Part shown: piece by piece, positions 63,609-64,000 of the stretch | How the letters are laid out: each line of letters begins with the position of its first letter | How positions within the stretch are numbered: position 1 is the stretch's first letter | Virus record (IMG/VR): IMGVR_UViG_3300033076_001343 | Coordinates: 8,271 to 72,270 of that record | Source: a virus | Strand: one strand, 5' to 3' | DNA: 64,000 nt | Notes under the pieces: model-generated | The model's database searches: none | What the model was told of the DNA's origin: nothing | Seen by the model: only the letters and a program-made list of their open reading frames with translations | Made by a program: the position numbers and the translations under genes

Positions 63609-63940
63609 TACATACTCAAATTTGCATCTGCCATAGAGCCGCCATAAACTCTAATTTCTAAATCGTTAATATCGACATTTATTTTTTTAGAGACCCAATC
63701 ACCAATCACTTTTTTAGAATCGTATCGGTCCAAACCAAACATACTCTCAATTTCATCGGCCAATTCAATATTAATAATTAATGCATCTGCTGACGGAATG
63801 TATCGAAGTTGTGCCCAGCTATCAGAATCTGAATATGCAAAAAATGTTCCATATCGACTATCAATGATTTTAAAGTCCTTAGAGTCCAAGAAATTACCAA
63901 TCATTCGGTCCAACTGTGATTCGTTAATTAGATACTTCAT
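63608..63940 (-). CDS. leader-family B protein (MKYLINESQLDRMIGNFL)
   Basis: 110 aa. Confidence 0.5.
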   Translation of the reverse strand: MKYLINESQLDRMIGNFLDSKDFKIIDSRYGTFFAYSDSDSWAQLRYIPSADALIINIELADEIESMFGLDRYDSKKVIGDWVSKKINVDINDLEIRVYGGSMADANLSM

Positions 63941-64000
63941 TGTCCATAAAGTGTTTTATAATCCATTCCTGTTTTATCTTTAAACCATTGTTTAAAAACT

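Overview
AT-rich (about one-third GC) 64-kb window with gene-dense, short-ORF architecture and G+C hairpin/T-run intrinsic terminators. It reads as part of a large virulent bacteriophage genome. No rRNA, integrase, CRISPR or reverse transcriptase is visible, and no portal/terminase/major capsid gene is recognisable in this window. Layout: (i) 1-5.2 kb, a dense array of at least 18 tRNA/tRNA-like genes, all on the minus strand, several atypical (90-122 nt), interspersed with a few small protein genes; an outlying tRNA-Met sits at 9.5 kb. (ii) 5.4-37.7 kb, mostly plus-strand genes. Recognisable ones: HNH endonuclease, carbamoyltransferase, ClpP, two 2OG-Fe(II) oxygenases, a GT17-like glycosyltransferase, an RNA-repair set (metallophosphoesterase, P-loop polynucleotide kinase, ATP-dependent RNA ligase, HAD phosphatase), thioesterase, thymidylate synthase (ThyA) and a second metallophosphoesterase. 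Many of these are preceded by a Bacteroidetes-type TAnnTTTG -7 motif. (iii) 37.7-64 kb, exclusively minus-strand genes. Two paralogous fibre-like proteins have Thr/Pro linkers plus lectin-like domains. There is an SLT transglycosylase, cyclophilin and an SPFH/prohibitin protein. A large set of proteins of otherwise unknown function share conserved N-terminal leaders ending in (I/L/V)-x-E: MKKIIRLTESDLxRIVKRVIxE, MKYLIKESQ, and ...LIKED. I interpret these leaders as T4-like capsid-targeting/propeptide sequences, marking a diversified arsenal of packaged and ejected proteins. Most of these minus-strand genes are preceded by a recurrent (G)TATTTATA(A/T) motif 5-25 nt upstream of the start codon, a candidate phage-specific (late?) promoter. 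Host is probably a low-GC bacterium; promoter motifs hint at Bacteroidetes, which is inference only. All calls were made by eye from the sequence; none were confirmed by search.
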